This document shows positions 1-8,826 of a stretch of 32,000 bases of DNA, one piece after another (positions within the stretch are counted from its first letter, which is position 1; each line of letters starts with the position of its first letter). The position numbers were made by a program, and so were the translations under genes. Source of the DNA: Candidatus Saccharimonadota bacterium (GTDB lineage: Bacteria > Bacillota_I > Bacilli_A > Mycoplasmatales > Hepatoplasmataceae); NCBI GenBank assembly GCA_027925225.1, contig AP027131.1, positions 570,001 to 602,000 on the forward strand. The letters run 5' to 3'. The notes under the pieces were generated by a model. It had not been told where the DNA came from and searched no databases. It saw only the letters and a list, made by a program, of their open reading frames with translations.

Positions 1-1269
1 TTCTATTTTTTCTTCTTTTTCTGCAATATCTGTATCAAGAATTCTATAACCAAGGAATTTTTTAATAACTATTTTATTTACAAAATATTCAGTGTTATTT
101 TGATAAAGAAGATTAATATTTTTATTTATTCCGTTGCTCATCATTGATTTCATTGTTATTGATCAAATAAAGTGATAAGCTTTCTTTTCAAAAGTATTTA
201 ATCCTTTTATATTTTCAACTTTTAAATTAATATCTGTTGGTCTTATAGCTTCATGTGCATCTTGAATATTTTTTTGTTTTTTAATTAAACTTTCTTTTAT
301 TCCACCAAAATACTCTTTACCAAATTCTTTTGTTATTTTATCTTTTGTTGAATCAATAAAGCTTTTTGAACTTATTCTTATTGAATCAGTACGCGGATAA
401 GTAATAAGACCTTTTTCATAAAGAGATTGTGCAGTAGATGTTGCTTGAACATTGGAAATATTAAAGTTTGTAAACATTCCCATTAAATAAGTGGCCATCT
501 CAAGAGGAACTGGTGAAGAAACTACTATTTCCTTTTCTTGTTTATCAATTAATCTAAAATCTTCACCTAATAAGGCAAAAATAGCATTTACACTTTTTAA
601 ATCTTTATATTCTATTAATTTAAAATTACGATCAGAATTAAGTAAAATGTTATCTTTATTAATTTTTGCTTCAATAGTTCATCAAAAAACTGGTTTAAAT
701 ATTTTTATTTCATTTTCTCTATCAATTATTAATTTTAAGGTTGATGATTTAACTCTCCCTGCAGAAGGAGCTGAAAACTTTTTATTTGTAAGAAAAGATA
801 ATCTAAACCCTATAATTCTATCTAACATTCTTCTTGTTTCTTGTGAATTAACAAGATTCATATCAATATCTGTAACGTTTTTTAGTGATTCTAAAACAGC
901 ATCTTTTGTTATCTCATTAAAAAAAATTCTTTTTATTTTTTTATTTTTATCTTCTATTACTTGTGTAATATGTCAACCAATTGCTTCTCCTTCACGATCG
1001 GGGTCAGTTGCAATATAAATATTATTTGCTTTTTTAGCTTCTGTATTAATTGTTTTAATTGCATCTTTTTTATCACGTAAATTTACATAAATTGGTTCCA
1101 TTTCTTCAACATTAATACCAAGACCTAAATAAGTTCCATATTTTTTAAGATCTCTTATATGTCCAACTGAAGAAATAACCTTAAATTCTTTATCATTTTC
1201 ACCTTTAAAAAAAGATTGAATTTTTGCAATCTTATTAGGTGATTCAACTATTATTAAATTTTTAGTCAT
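1..1269 (-). CDS. topA: DNA topoisomerase I (N-terminal ~423 codons; 3' end runs off the left edge of the window)
   Basis: Track ORFs 163..498 and 973..1305 share one frame. My translation of 1..162 and 499..972 in that frame found only TGA codons, no TAA/TAG. Motifs: MTKNLIIVESPNK and DPDREGEAIGW (TOPRIM), SAGRV, catalytic-Tyr motif LITYPRTDS. ATG at 1269..1267 is preceded by AGAGGAAAG. Confidence 0.9.
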
Positions 1270-1506
1270 TACTTTCCTCTTTTTTTTATTTTTATTATTT
1301 AACAAATATTAAATAAAAAATAATATTTATTTCTTTAAATATAATAATATTAAAATTATTTATTTTTCAAAATTTTCTTATTTTTATTTTATTTCTAATA
1401 GTATTTAAGAATTTTTTATTATAGATATTTATTAATAAAAATAAATTTTTGTTTTTTGTTGTATTTTTTTAATACAACAAAATAATATGAAAGCAAAAAA
1501 TATTTT

Positions 1507-2301
1507 CTATTTTTTTTCTAAATCATCTAAAATTATTTTTCCATATTTGCCAATTTGATATTCTAAAAGAATTCTTTTATAAAAATCAAATTCAGTAACT
1601 TTAGAATTATTTATTTTATTTAATAAATCTTCCTCAAGATTTAAAAAATTAAAATATTTACTTACATTCTTATTTTTTTCAAATAAAATTTCTAATAAAT
1701 TAATTACAACTTTTTCAATTGGTAAATTTTCATATTTAAAAGAACCTATTGATGCAAGAATGATTTTATCTTTTTCTAATTCAAATTTTGGTTCAAGTAC
1801 TCCTGGCGTGTCAAGTATTCAGTAATTTTTATCAAATTGATATCAGTTTATTCTTTTAGTAATTCCTGGCTTATTTTGAACATCAGCTTTTTTCTTATTT
1901 ATTAAATTATTTAAAAAAGTTGATTTTCCAACATTTGGAACACCTAGAATCACAAACTTAGGAATTAAAGATTTAAATTTTATATTATTTAGAATATCTA
2001 AAATTCTTTTATTCATTATCTTTTTATTGTTTGCAGAAAGCGAAAATATATATTTATAATTTTTTTTATAATATTCAATTCATTTATTTAAATCATTTTT
2101 TTTTACCAAATCTGCTTTATTTAAAATAATAATTAATTCTTTATTTCCTACTATTTCATTAAATAAACTCAAAAAAGAAGAAGAGGGTGCCCTTGCATCT
2201 AATATAAGAAAAAAACAATCTATCTTTTTAGATAATTCTTTAATTTCCCTAATGGACTTATTCATATGTCCGGGATATCAATGTATTTGCTTTTCATCCA
2301 T
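1507..2301 (-). CDS. rbgA: Ribosome biogenesis GTPase A (YlqF/RbgA, circularly permuted GTPase)
   Basis: I translated the whole frame by hand: MDEKQIHWYPGHM start, then NKADL (G4), GVPNVGKS (G1), LDTPG (G3). Several in-frame TGA (Trp), first TAA/TAG is TAG at 1507..1509. 264 aa. Confidence 0.85.
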
Positions 2302-2404
2302 AATATTTAATTGTAAATTTATTTTTTTGATAAAACTATCATAAAATTTATTATAATAGAAATAGTTATAATTTGTTATTTAAAAATTATATAGCAGAAT
2401 CTTA

Positions 2405-3037
2405 ATGTCAGCAAAAGTTAAATTTTTATTATTAGTACAAGAATTTTCGCAGTTACCAGAAAATAGCGAACAAGAAATTCAAAAAAAAATGCAATATATT
2501 CAAGGAAGCAGTGTTTCGTTTGCAATACTTTGAACATTTTTTTGAGTAATTATTTTTCTTCCTACAATTTTTATTTGAATTTTTGTTATTTTAATAAATT
2601 GAATGAATTATTCAAAAAGAAAAAATTGAAGACAAAGTGAATATGAAAGACTTTGATATAAATTAAACACATTACAAATGAATGAAGCAAAAATTAAAAA
2701 AGAAGATCCTAATAATAATTTAAGCAAAAAAGAACCAATATCAACAGAAGGTTTAAGTAAAGTAGAAGCTCAAATTGTTAAAAATTACCAAAAGCAAGCA
2801 GAAAAAGAAGAAGAAACAAAAATTAAAAATACTGAAAAAAATCAAATAAAAAAAGAAGCTAAAAAAGAAGGAAATAAAAAAGAAGATGAAAATAATGTAG
2901 TTAAAGAAAAAGAATTTACACAAAAATTAAGTAGAATTGAAGAACAAATTATTAGTAATTATAAAAAACAAGTAGAAAAAAATAATATAGTAAAAGAAGG
3001 AAATAATAAAGAAGAAAAAAATAATATAGATAAATAA
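2405..3037 (+). CDS. Hypothetical membrane-anchored protein with Lys/Glu-rich repeated tail
   Basis: ATG at 2405 is in frame with track ORF 2678..3037 through six TGA codons. It has a hydrophobic Trp-rich segment (VSFAILWTFFWVIIFLPTIFIWIFVILINW) and then a charged tail with a duplicated motif. The start codon choice is uncertain because there is no SD. Confidence 0.55.
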
Positions 3038-3065
3038 ATTTATTCAAAAAAGGTAAATTTAAAAC

Positions 3066-3100
3066 AAAAAAAATAGGAAACAAAATCCTATTTTTTTTTT
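3066..3100. terminator. Bidirectional rho-independent terminator-like hairpin (A8-TAGGA / loop AACAAAA / TCCTA-T10)
   Basis: The inverted repeat is read directly: TAGGA 3074..3078 pairs with TCCTA 3086..3090. The stem is extended by an A-run (3066..3073) and a T-run (3091..3100). It lies between the convergent 2405..3037 CDS and the tRNA. Confidence 0.6.
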
Positions 3101-3106
3101 ATTAAT

Positions 3107-3183
3107 TGGTGGAACCGAGTGGGCTCGAACCACCGACCTCACCGTTATCAGCGGTGTGCTCTAACCAACTGAGCTACGGTTCC
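3107..3183 (-). tRNA. tRNA-Ile (anticodon GAU), CCA encoded
   Basis: Reverse complement is GGAACCGTAGCTCAGTTGGTTAGAGCACACCGCTGATAACGGTGAGGTCGGTGGTTCGAGCCCACTCGGTTCCACCA. It folds as a cloverleaf: acceptor GGAACCG/CGGTTCC, D stem GCTC/GAGC, anticodon stem CACCG/CGGTG with loop CTGATAA, T loop TTCGAGC. Confidence 0.95.
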
Positions 3184-3196
3184 AAATACAAAATTC

Positions 3197-3589
3197 TTAA
3201 CGTTTTGAAAATTGTGGAGCACGTCTTGCGGCTTTAAGACCGTATTTTTTACGTTCTTTTATTCTTGCATCTCTTGTAACTAAACCTTTTTCCTTTAAAG
3301 GTTTTTTGTAGTCATTAGAAGCTTCTAATAACGCTTTTACAATTCCATGTTTTAAGGCACCAGCTTGACCAGAAAATCCTCCACCTTTTATGTTAGCAGT
3401 AATAAGAAAATCATTTTCTGTATTAGTAATAACTAATCCCATTCTTGATTCTTGAATAAGAGTTTTATAAGGAAAATAGTCATCAATTTCTCTCCCATTG
3501 ATCACAATTTTACTATCTTTTTTATTTTTTACAGGTTTTAATATTACTCTTGCAATTGAAGATTTTCTTTTTCCTGTTCCTGTATACAT
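3197..3589 (-). CDS. rpsI: 30S ribosomal protein S9
   Basis: The track ORF is intact. It starts GTGKRKSSIARV and ends ARRAPQFSKR, with a TAA stop. Confidence 0.95.
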   Translation of the reverse strand: MYTGTGKRKSSIARVILKPVKNKKDSKIVINGREIDDYFPYKTLIQESRMGLVITNTENDFLITANIKGGGFSGQAGALKHGIVKALLEASNDYKKPLKEKGLVTRDARIKERKKYGLKAARRAPQFSKR

Positions 3590-3622
3590 ACTTCTTATTA
3601 CTCCGCTTCTAATTATATCAAT

Positions 3623-4060
3623 TTATTTAATCTTTAATTCTAGCTTTTCTGGTTTTTGAGCAGAATGTTTATGATTTTCATCAGCATAAAGAAAAAGCTT
3701 TTTAATTTGTTTTCTTCCAAGCTTATTATGTGGAAGCATTCCCCAAATAGATTTATAAACTAATTCATTTGGATATTTTTCTATCATTGTTTTTGCACTT
3801 CTTTTTCTTAATCCACCAGGATAACCTGAATGATTATAATAAAATTTATCATTAAGTTTATTACCTGTTAATTTAACATCTTTTGAATTTATGATAATCA
3901 CAAAATCACCATGATCTTCATGGGGAGTAAATGATGCTTTATTCTTTCCTCTTAAAATAGATGCAATCTCAGTTGACATACGGCCAAGCACTAAATCCTT
4001 AGCGTCAACTAAGTATCATTTTCTCTCTATATTATCAAAAGCCATTCTTGTTTGTCTCAT
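3623..4060 (-). CDS. rplM: 50S ribosomal protein L13
   Basis: Track ORF 3623..3991 extends upstream through one TGA to ATG 4060..4058. The N-terminus is MRQTRMAFDNIERKWYLVDAKDLVLGRM, where the conserved KWY Trp is encoded by TGA. AAGGG lies upstream. Confidence 0.93.
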
Positions 4061-4145
4061 AACATACCCTTAAAATCACTATGATTATTATAATATAAAA
4101 CCATTCCTTATAATAATGTTTTTCAAAATCATATAAAATTACCAT

Positions 4146-4496
4146 ATGGGAACAATAAGATTAAAATCAGAATTAGAGAAAAAATTATATGACATTGTTT
4201 ACATAAGTCATGAAGACCTTAAAATAAAAGTTGATAAAAATTTAAAACAAGATAGACCATGTATTATTGTAAAAATTGATAAAAAGAAAGAATTATATTA
4301 TGTACTTTTATTAACAAGCAAAAAAAGATTTGATATAAGACAAATAAAAATTGAAGAACAAGGAAATTATATTAATCTTACAAATCTTTATGTTCTTTCA
4401 AAAAATATAATTAATTATGCAGATGAGACAGATTTTTCTTTAAATAATTCAGTAATAAGGGAAGTTAAAAATTATATAAACAAATTAAATTTATAA
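4146..4496 (+). CDS. Hypothetical 116-aa protein, PemK/MazF-like pattern (tentative)
   Basis: Intact ORF. The pattern YDIVYIS..(17)..DRPCIIVK..(7)..YYVLLLTSKK followed by YINLTNLYVLSKNII matches, by eye, the GDIvwv / RPvlVv / vivvPiTs / vdqirtidk succession of the PemK/MazF family. No search was done. Confidence 0.4.
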   Translation: MGTIRLKSELEKKLYDIVYISHEDLKIKVDKNLKQDRPCIIVKIDKKKELYYVLLLTSKKRFDIRQIKIEEQGNYINLTNLYVLSKNIINYADETDFSLNNSVIREVKNYINKLNL

Positions 4497-4506
4497 TTTT
4501 AAAAAT

Positions 4507-5334
4507 ATGAATGAAAAAAGTGATGTAATAAAAAGATTAAGAACTTATACAATTTTTGATTACATAAATCCAACAGTAAAAATTATTTCATTTTTATTTT
4601 TTATTGCAATTGTTTTTGTAGCTCAAAATATTTCACAATTACTTATTGTTCTTGGTGTTTCAGTTTTATTTCTTACTTTTATAAGAGTTAATTTTAAATA
4701 TTATTTAAAACCTTTAATTTGAATATTGATATTTTCTCCGTTTCTAATTTTCTTTAATATGATTGTTATAGAAGGAGACAGTGAACCAATATCAAGTGCT
4801 TTAGGAGGAATTTATACAGAAAGTTTTATTATTTCTGCACAAATAATACTTAAGATTTATTTATTGATTCTTGTTTCTTCTGTTCTCATTTTGAGTTTAA
4901 GTGAAACTGAACTTACAAATGGATTTGAAAAATTAATTAGTCCATTGAAATATATTAAAATCCCAACACAAGAAATAGCACTTATTATTTCAATTGCAAT
5001 AAGATATATTCCCCTTTTTCTTTATGAGACAAAATTAATATTAGAAGCACAAAGTTCAAGAGGAATAGATTTTTATTCAGGAAATACAAAAACAAAAATA
5101 ATTGCTTTAAAAAATTCTTTAAATCCTCTTATTGTAAATTCTTTTATAAAAGCAAAAGAATTATCAGTTGCTATGTCTGTAAGAGGATATAAAATAGGAA
5201 TGAAAAGAACAAAATATGAAATTTATAAATTTAAATATAAGGAATTATTATTTTTAAGTTTTTTTGTTTTATTTTTAGTGGGAACAATTTTAATGAATGT
5301 ATATGATGTTTCATTTTTAAATAATGGATGATAA
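4507..5334 (+). CDS. ecfT: Energy-coupling factor transporter transmembrane subunit EcfT (CbiQ family)
   Basis: Track ORFs 4507..4722 and 4726..5331 are joined in frame by TGA. The terminal TGA is also read as Trp, and the true stop is TAA 5332..5334. The protein is multi-pass hydrophobic with the two Ala-Arg-Gly-type coupling motifs AQSSRG and AMSVRGY. Confidence 0.85.
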
Positions 5335-5336
5335 AG

Positions 5337-5370
5337 AAAAAAGTAATTCTAAAAGAATTACTTTTTTATT
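5337..5370 (+). terminator. Rho-independent terminator after ecfT
   Basis: AAAAAAGTAATTC (5337..5349) pairs with GAATTACTTTTTT (5355..5367) around loop TAAAA. The stem runs into a T-tract and begins 3 nt after the ecfT stop. Confidence 0.65.
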
Positions 5371-5508
5371 AATACATAATTTACAACAACGCTAAAATAT
5401 TTCCAATAAAATACCTTGCACTGACAATTTGTATCTTTCCACATACCTACATATGCTTCAAAAATATTATACATAAAAAAAAATTTAATATTATTCATTT
5501 ATTTTCAC

Positions 5509-5514
5509 TATAAT
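5509..5514 (+). promoter_or_regulatory. Candidate -10 box TATAAT, 8 nt upstream of the 5523 ATG (possible leaderless transcript)
   Basis: A perfect TATAAT is read at 5509..5514. There is no SD between it and the ATG. TATAAT-like strings are frequent in DNA this AT-rich, so support is weak. Confidence 0.3.
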
Positions 5515-5522
5515 GCTTTTAT

Positions 5523-6551
5523 ATGAAAAATATTAATGAAAATAAAGAAAAAAATAAATTATTTGAAAACTTTTATAAAAAAAATTTTAATGAATTCTTA
5601 AATAATATAAACTACTTAAAAACTTTTTATAAGGAAATAAAGAAATATAAATTAACAAAAAAACATGATATATTAAATTTTATTAATCAAAAAGAATTTA
5701 ATAAAACTGAAATTAAAAATAATAATTTTAAATTGCTTATTTTAAAAAATAAAGAAGAATTTTTTGATCTTTTCTTATTTACAATTATTGTGAAATTAGG
5801 AGAAATAAATCCTATTAGACTTTTAATTTATTTTGAGCAGTTTCCAAATTACTTAAATGAAAAAAATATTTTAAATAATAAAATTAATGAAAAATTAGTA
5901 TTGTTAGATTCTCAAATAGAAAATTTAAATGAAAAAACATCTTCAATAATGTATGAATATATTTTTTCATATGAAAAATATTTAACAAAATTAATTAGAA
6001 AAAAATGCATTAATGAAAATTTAAATATTTTAGAATTAAATATTAAAAAAAAATGGTTTGTAAATAAAAGATTAGAAAATATAGAAAAAAAAATTAATCC
6101 AATACTTTCTCCTGAATTAAAAAATTTAGAAATTTTAAATTTTTTGTCATTTAATGAGAAAGATGAAATTCTAAACTTTTTATGAAATGAAAAATACATA
6201 AATATAGATGATTTAGTAAAAGAAAATTTCATAAATAAAGAACAAGTTTCTTATTTAAGAAAAAAAGGAAAAAATGATCAAAATATTTTTGATCACTTCA
6301 AACAATGTTTAGTAAAAGTGAAAGACTATAGAAATAAAATATCTCATTTAGAAAATTTTATTCTTTTGAAAAAAGATATAAATGAGCTAATATCTTTTTT
6401 TAAAGATCAATATTACTTATTAAGAAATAATTTTACTATTGAAACTCTTTATAAAGTAAAAATATTATTTTTAAAAAATAATTTTATAAATAAAGAAGAA
6501 ATTTTAAAAGAACACTACAAAAATTTATTAAGCTTTAAAATTGAATTTTAA
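5523..6551 (+). CDS. Hypothetical 342-aa protein with C-terminal RNxxxH (Rx4H, HEPN-like) motif
   Basis: Track ORFs 5523..6185 and 6318..6551 are in the same frame. The join (6183..6317) contains one TGA and no TAA/TAG. Motif DYRNKISHLENF lies at aa 268-279. I recognise no other family signature. Confidence 0.7.
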
Positions 6552-6557
6552 TTAAAA

Positions 6558-7283
6558 ATGAAATATCTAATAAAAATCAGTTATGATGGAAAATATTTTT
6601 ATGGTTGAAATAAACAACCAAATTTATATACAATTAATCAGTTTTTAGAAGACTCTTTTAAAAAGGAATTGATTAATGTAAAAATTAAAGCATCTGGAAG
6701 AACTGATAAATTTGTTCACGCAATTAATCAAGTATGTGATATTGAAGTTAATAAAAAAATAAGAAAAAAAGATATTATTAAAATTAACAAAGAATTAAAT
6801 AAAAAAATAAGAATAAAAAAAGTAAAAAAAGTAAAAAATGAATTTTCTGCAAGATTTGATTTAAGAAGTAAAACATATCTTTATAAAATAAGTAATGATT
6901 TCAAAAAAAAGAAAAGAAAAGATGAAAATTATTATTTAAATATTTTTAAAGAAATAAATTTAAAAAAAATGAATGAAGATGCAAAGAAATTTATAGGCGA
7001 AAAAGATTTTTCCTCTTTTACTTCAAAAAGTAATTATTATTCTTACATTAGAAAAATAAATTACATAAAAATAAAAAAAAGAAGAAAAATAATTTATATA
7101 GAAATAAATGGAAATGGTTTTTTAAGATACATGATAAGACATATAGTAGGATCTCTTATTGCAAAAAATTTTAATAAATATAATGAGGAAAAATTCAATG
7201 ATTTATTTTTAAACCCAAAAAGAGGAAAAAATATATTTAAAGTAACAGGAAAAGCTTTGTATTTAAAAAATGTAAAATATTAA
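6558..7283 (+). CDS. truA: tRNA pseudouridine(38-40) synthase TruA
   Basis: ATG 6558 is in frame with track ORF 6669..7283 through one TGA. The N-terminus is MKYLIKISYDGKYFYGWNKQP, and the catalytic-Asp motif is ASGRTDKFVHA. Confidence 0.85.
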
Positions 7284-7288
7284 AAAAA

Positions 7289-7984
7289 TTAATTTTTTAA
7301 TTTTTCTATTTCAAAATGATTTGAAAAACTGTTTTTAAATTTAAGATCATGGGTGATTATTAAAATTGTTGTCTTAAAATTTTTATTTAATTCTTTTATA
7401 AAATTTGTAAATTCTTTTTTTGTAAGTACATCAAGTCCTGCTGTTGGTTCGTCTAAAATTAAAATATCAGTAGGTGTAAGTAATAAACAACCTACTATCA
7501 ATTTTTTCTTTTCTCCGCCCGAAAGTTTATAAGGTGATTTGTTTTTATATTCTTTAGGAAAATTTAGCAAATTAAAAAGATAATCAACTTTTTCATCAAT
7601 AAACTCCTTTTTTTCTTCTTGGGTTTTTTTTTCTTTTTTAAAATATTGGCTAAAAGAAAAAGCTATTTCATCTCTTATTGTTGATTTAAAAATTTGTAAA
7701 TTTATATCTTGAAAAACTATTTTTACTTTATTCCTTATTTCTCTTAATTTTCTTTTTTTTGTTTTTTTATCATATATTAAATTATCAAATTTTATATAAC
7801 CTGAAGTCGGTTTAATAAAAGCAGAAAGCAAAAGTGCAAATGTTGATTTCCCAGAACCATTTTCTCCATATATTACAGTTATTTCATTTTCTTTTAATTT
7901 AAAATTAAAATTCTTAAAAATAATATGACTATTTTCTTTATCTATTTTAAATTCTTTTGTAACATTAAAAAATTCTACTTTCAT
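7289..7984 (-). CDS. ecfA2: ECF transporter ATPase subunit (second of pair)
   Basis: Walker A GENGSGKST, Q-loop VFQD, signature LSGGEKKK, Walker B ILILDEPTAGLD, H-loop ITHDL. TAA stop. 231 aa. Confidence 0.85.
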   Translation of the reverse strand: MKVEFFNVTKEFKIDKENSHIIFKNFNFKLKENEITVIYGENGSGKSTFALLLSAFIKPTSGYIKFDNLIYDKKTKKRKLREIRNKVKIVFQDINLQIFKSTIRDEIAFSFSQYFKKEKKTQEEKKEFIDEKVDYLFNLLNFPKEYKNKSPYKLSGGEKKKLIVGCLLLTPTDILILDEPTAGLDVLTKKEFTNFIKELNKNFKTTILIITHDLKFKNSFSNHFEIEKLKN

Positions 7985-7987
7985 AAT

Positions 7988-8677
7988 TTAAATTAATTGA
8001 TATTTTTTTAAAATATCATTAGTTAATTGTTCTTTATTTAAAGATTCAATTATTGTATTATCCTTCATAATAAATACTTTTTCAGCAAATCTAATTTCTT
8101 TTAAATTATGTGTAATATAAATAATTGTTTTCCCTTCTTCTTTTAATTTTTTAATAATAGAAAAAACTATTTTAAAATATTTTTCATCAAGCATTGAAGT
8201 AATTTCATCAAAAATATAAAAATCAAAATCCATTATTAATATAGAAGCCAAAGCAACCAGTTGTCTTTCCCCGCCCGAAAGATTATTAACATTTTTTTCT
8301 TTTAATTTTAAAATATTTAATTTTTCTAAAATTTTATTAATTTTGCCTTCCATTTTTTGTTGAGAAATATTTAAATTTTCTAAACCAAAAGCAATATCAT
8401 TTTTTACAATTGAAGAAACAAATTGATTTTCTGGTCTTTGAAAAACAATTCCACATTTTTTCCCTAAAATATAGTTTGATTTTACTAATTCATTATTATA
8501 AAAATAATTTCCTTCATAATTAGAAATAACTCCAGCAAGTAATAATGCTAATTGTGATTTCCCAGAACCATTTAAACCGACTATACTAATATAGTCGCCT
8601 TTTTTTATTTCAATATTAATATTTTTTAATATCTTTTCGTTCTCTATTGAATAACTAACATTTTCTAATTTAATCAT
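7988..8677 (-). CDS. ecfA1: ECF transporter ATPase subunit (first of pair)
   Basis: Walker A GLNGSGKSQ, Q-loop VFQRPENQ, signature LSGGERQL, Walker B FYIFDEITSMLD, H-loop ITHNL. TAA stop. 229 aa. Confidence 0.85.
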   Translation of the reverse strand: MIKLENVSYSIENEKILKNINIEIKKGDYISIVGLNGSGKSQLALLLAGVISNYEGNYFYNNELVKSNYILGKKCGIVFQRPENQFVSSIVKNDIAFGLENLNISQQKMEGKINKILEKLNILKLKEKNVNNLSGGERQLVALASILIMDFDFYIFDEITSMLDEKYFKIVFSIIKKLKEEGKTIIYITHNLKEIRFAEKVFIMKDNTIIESLNKEQLTNDILKKYQLI

Positions 8678-8826
8678 TTAATACCAAAAAATAATTATAT
8701 AGTTTAATTAAACAAAAATTTATAAGTAAAAAACTATTAAATTTAAAATAAAAAATTTAATAATTTATATGTTAATAAATATACATCATTAAACTGGTTA
8801 TATAATTTTAAAAGACAAGGTTATTT

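Noticed and set aside
491-1018. 175-aa plus-strand track ORF
   Set aside because: It is antisense to the continuous topA frame, has a low-complexity Ser/Leu/Ile-rich product and no SD. I treat it as a shadow ORF.
5436-5446. CTTTCCACA resembling a DnaA box (TTATCCACA)
   Set aside because: It has two mismatches, occurs as a single copy, and has no clustered boxes or AT-rich unwinding context distinct from the background.
5358-5474. 38-aa minus-strand ORF (MYNIFEAYVGMWKDTNCQCKVFYWKYFSVVVNYVLIKK) in a slightly GC-richer spacer between ecfT and the HEPN-like gene, considered as a possible antitoxin or small RNA
   Set aside because: It has no SD and its 3' end runs into the ecfT terminator hairpin. 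I found no convincing secondary structure or repeats. It cannot be told apart from chance without conservation or expression data.
5912-6232. 106-aa minus-strand track ORF; similar cases at 9468..9800, 28918..29172, 30246..30437 and 31263..31448
   Set aside because: Each is antisense to a longer and better-supported ORF (the HEPN-like gene, pepV, the polytopic membrane gene, the small membrane gene and the Lys-rich gene). The products are Phe/Ser/Ile-rich shadow products.
7283-7298. 16-bp perfect palindrome AAAAAATTAATTTTTT between the truA and ecfA2 stop codons, considered as a terminator or recombination site
   Set aside because: It is all A/T and would give a 6-bp stem at most. Such palindromes are expected by chance at this base composition. 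I mention it only as context for the inversion junction.
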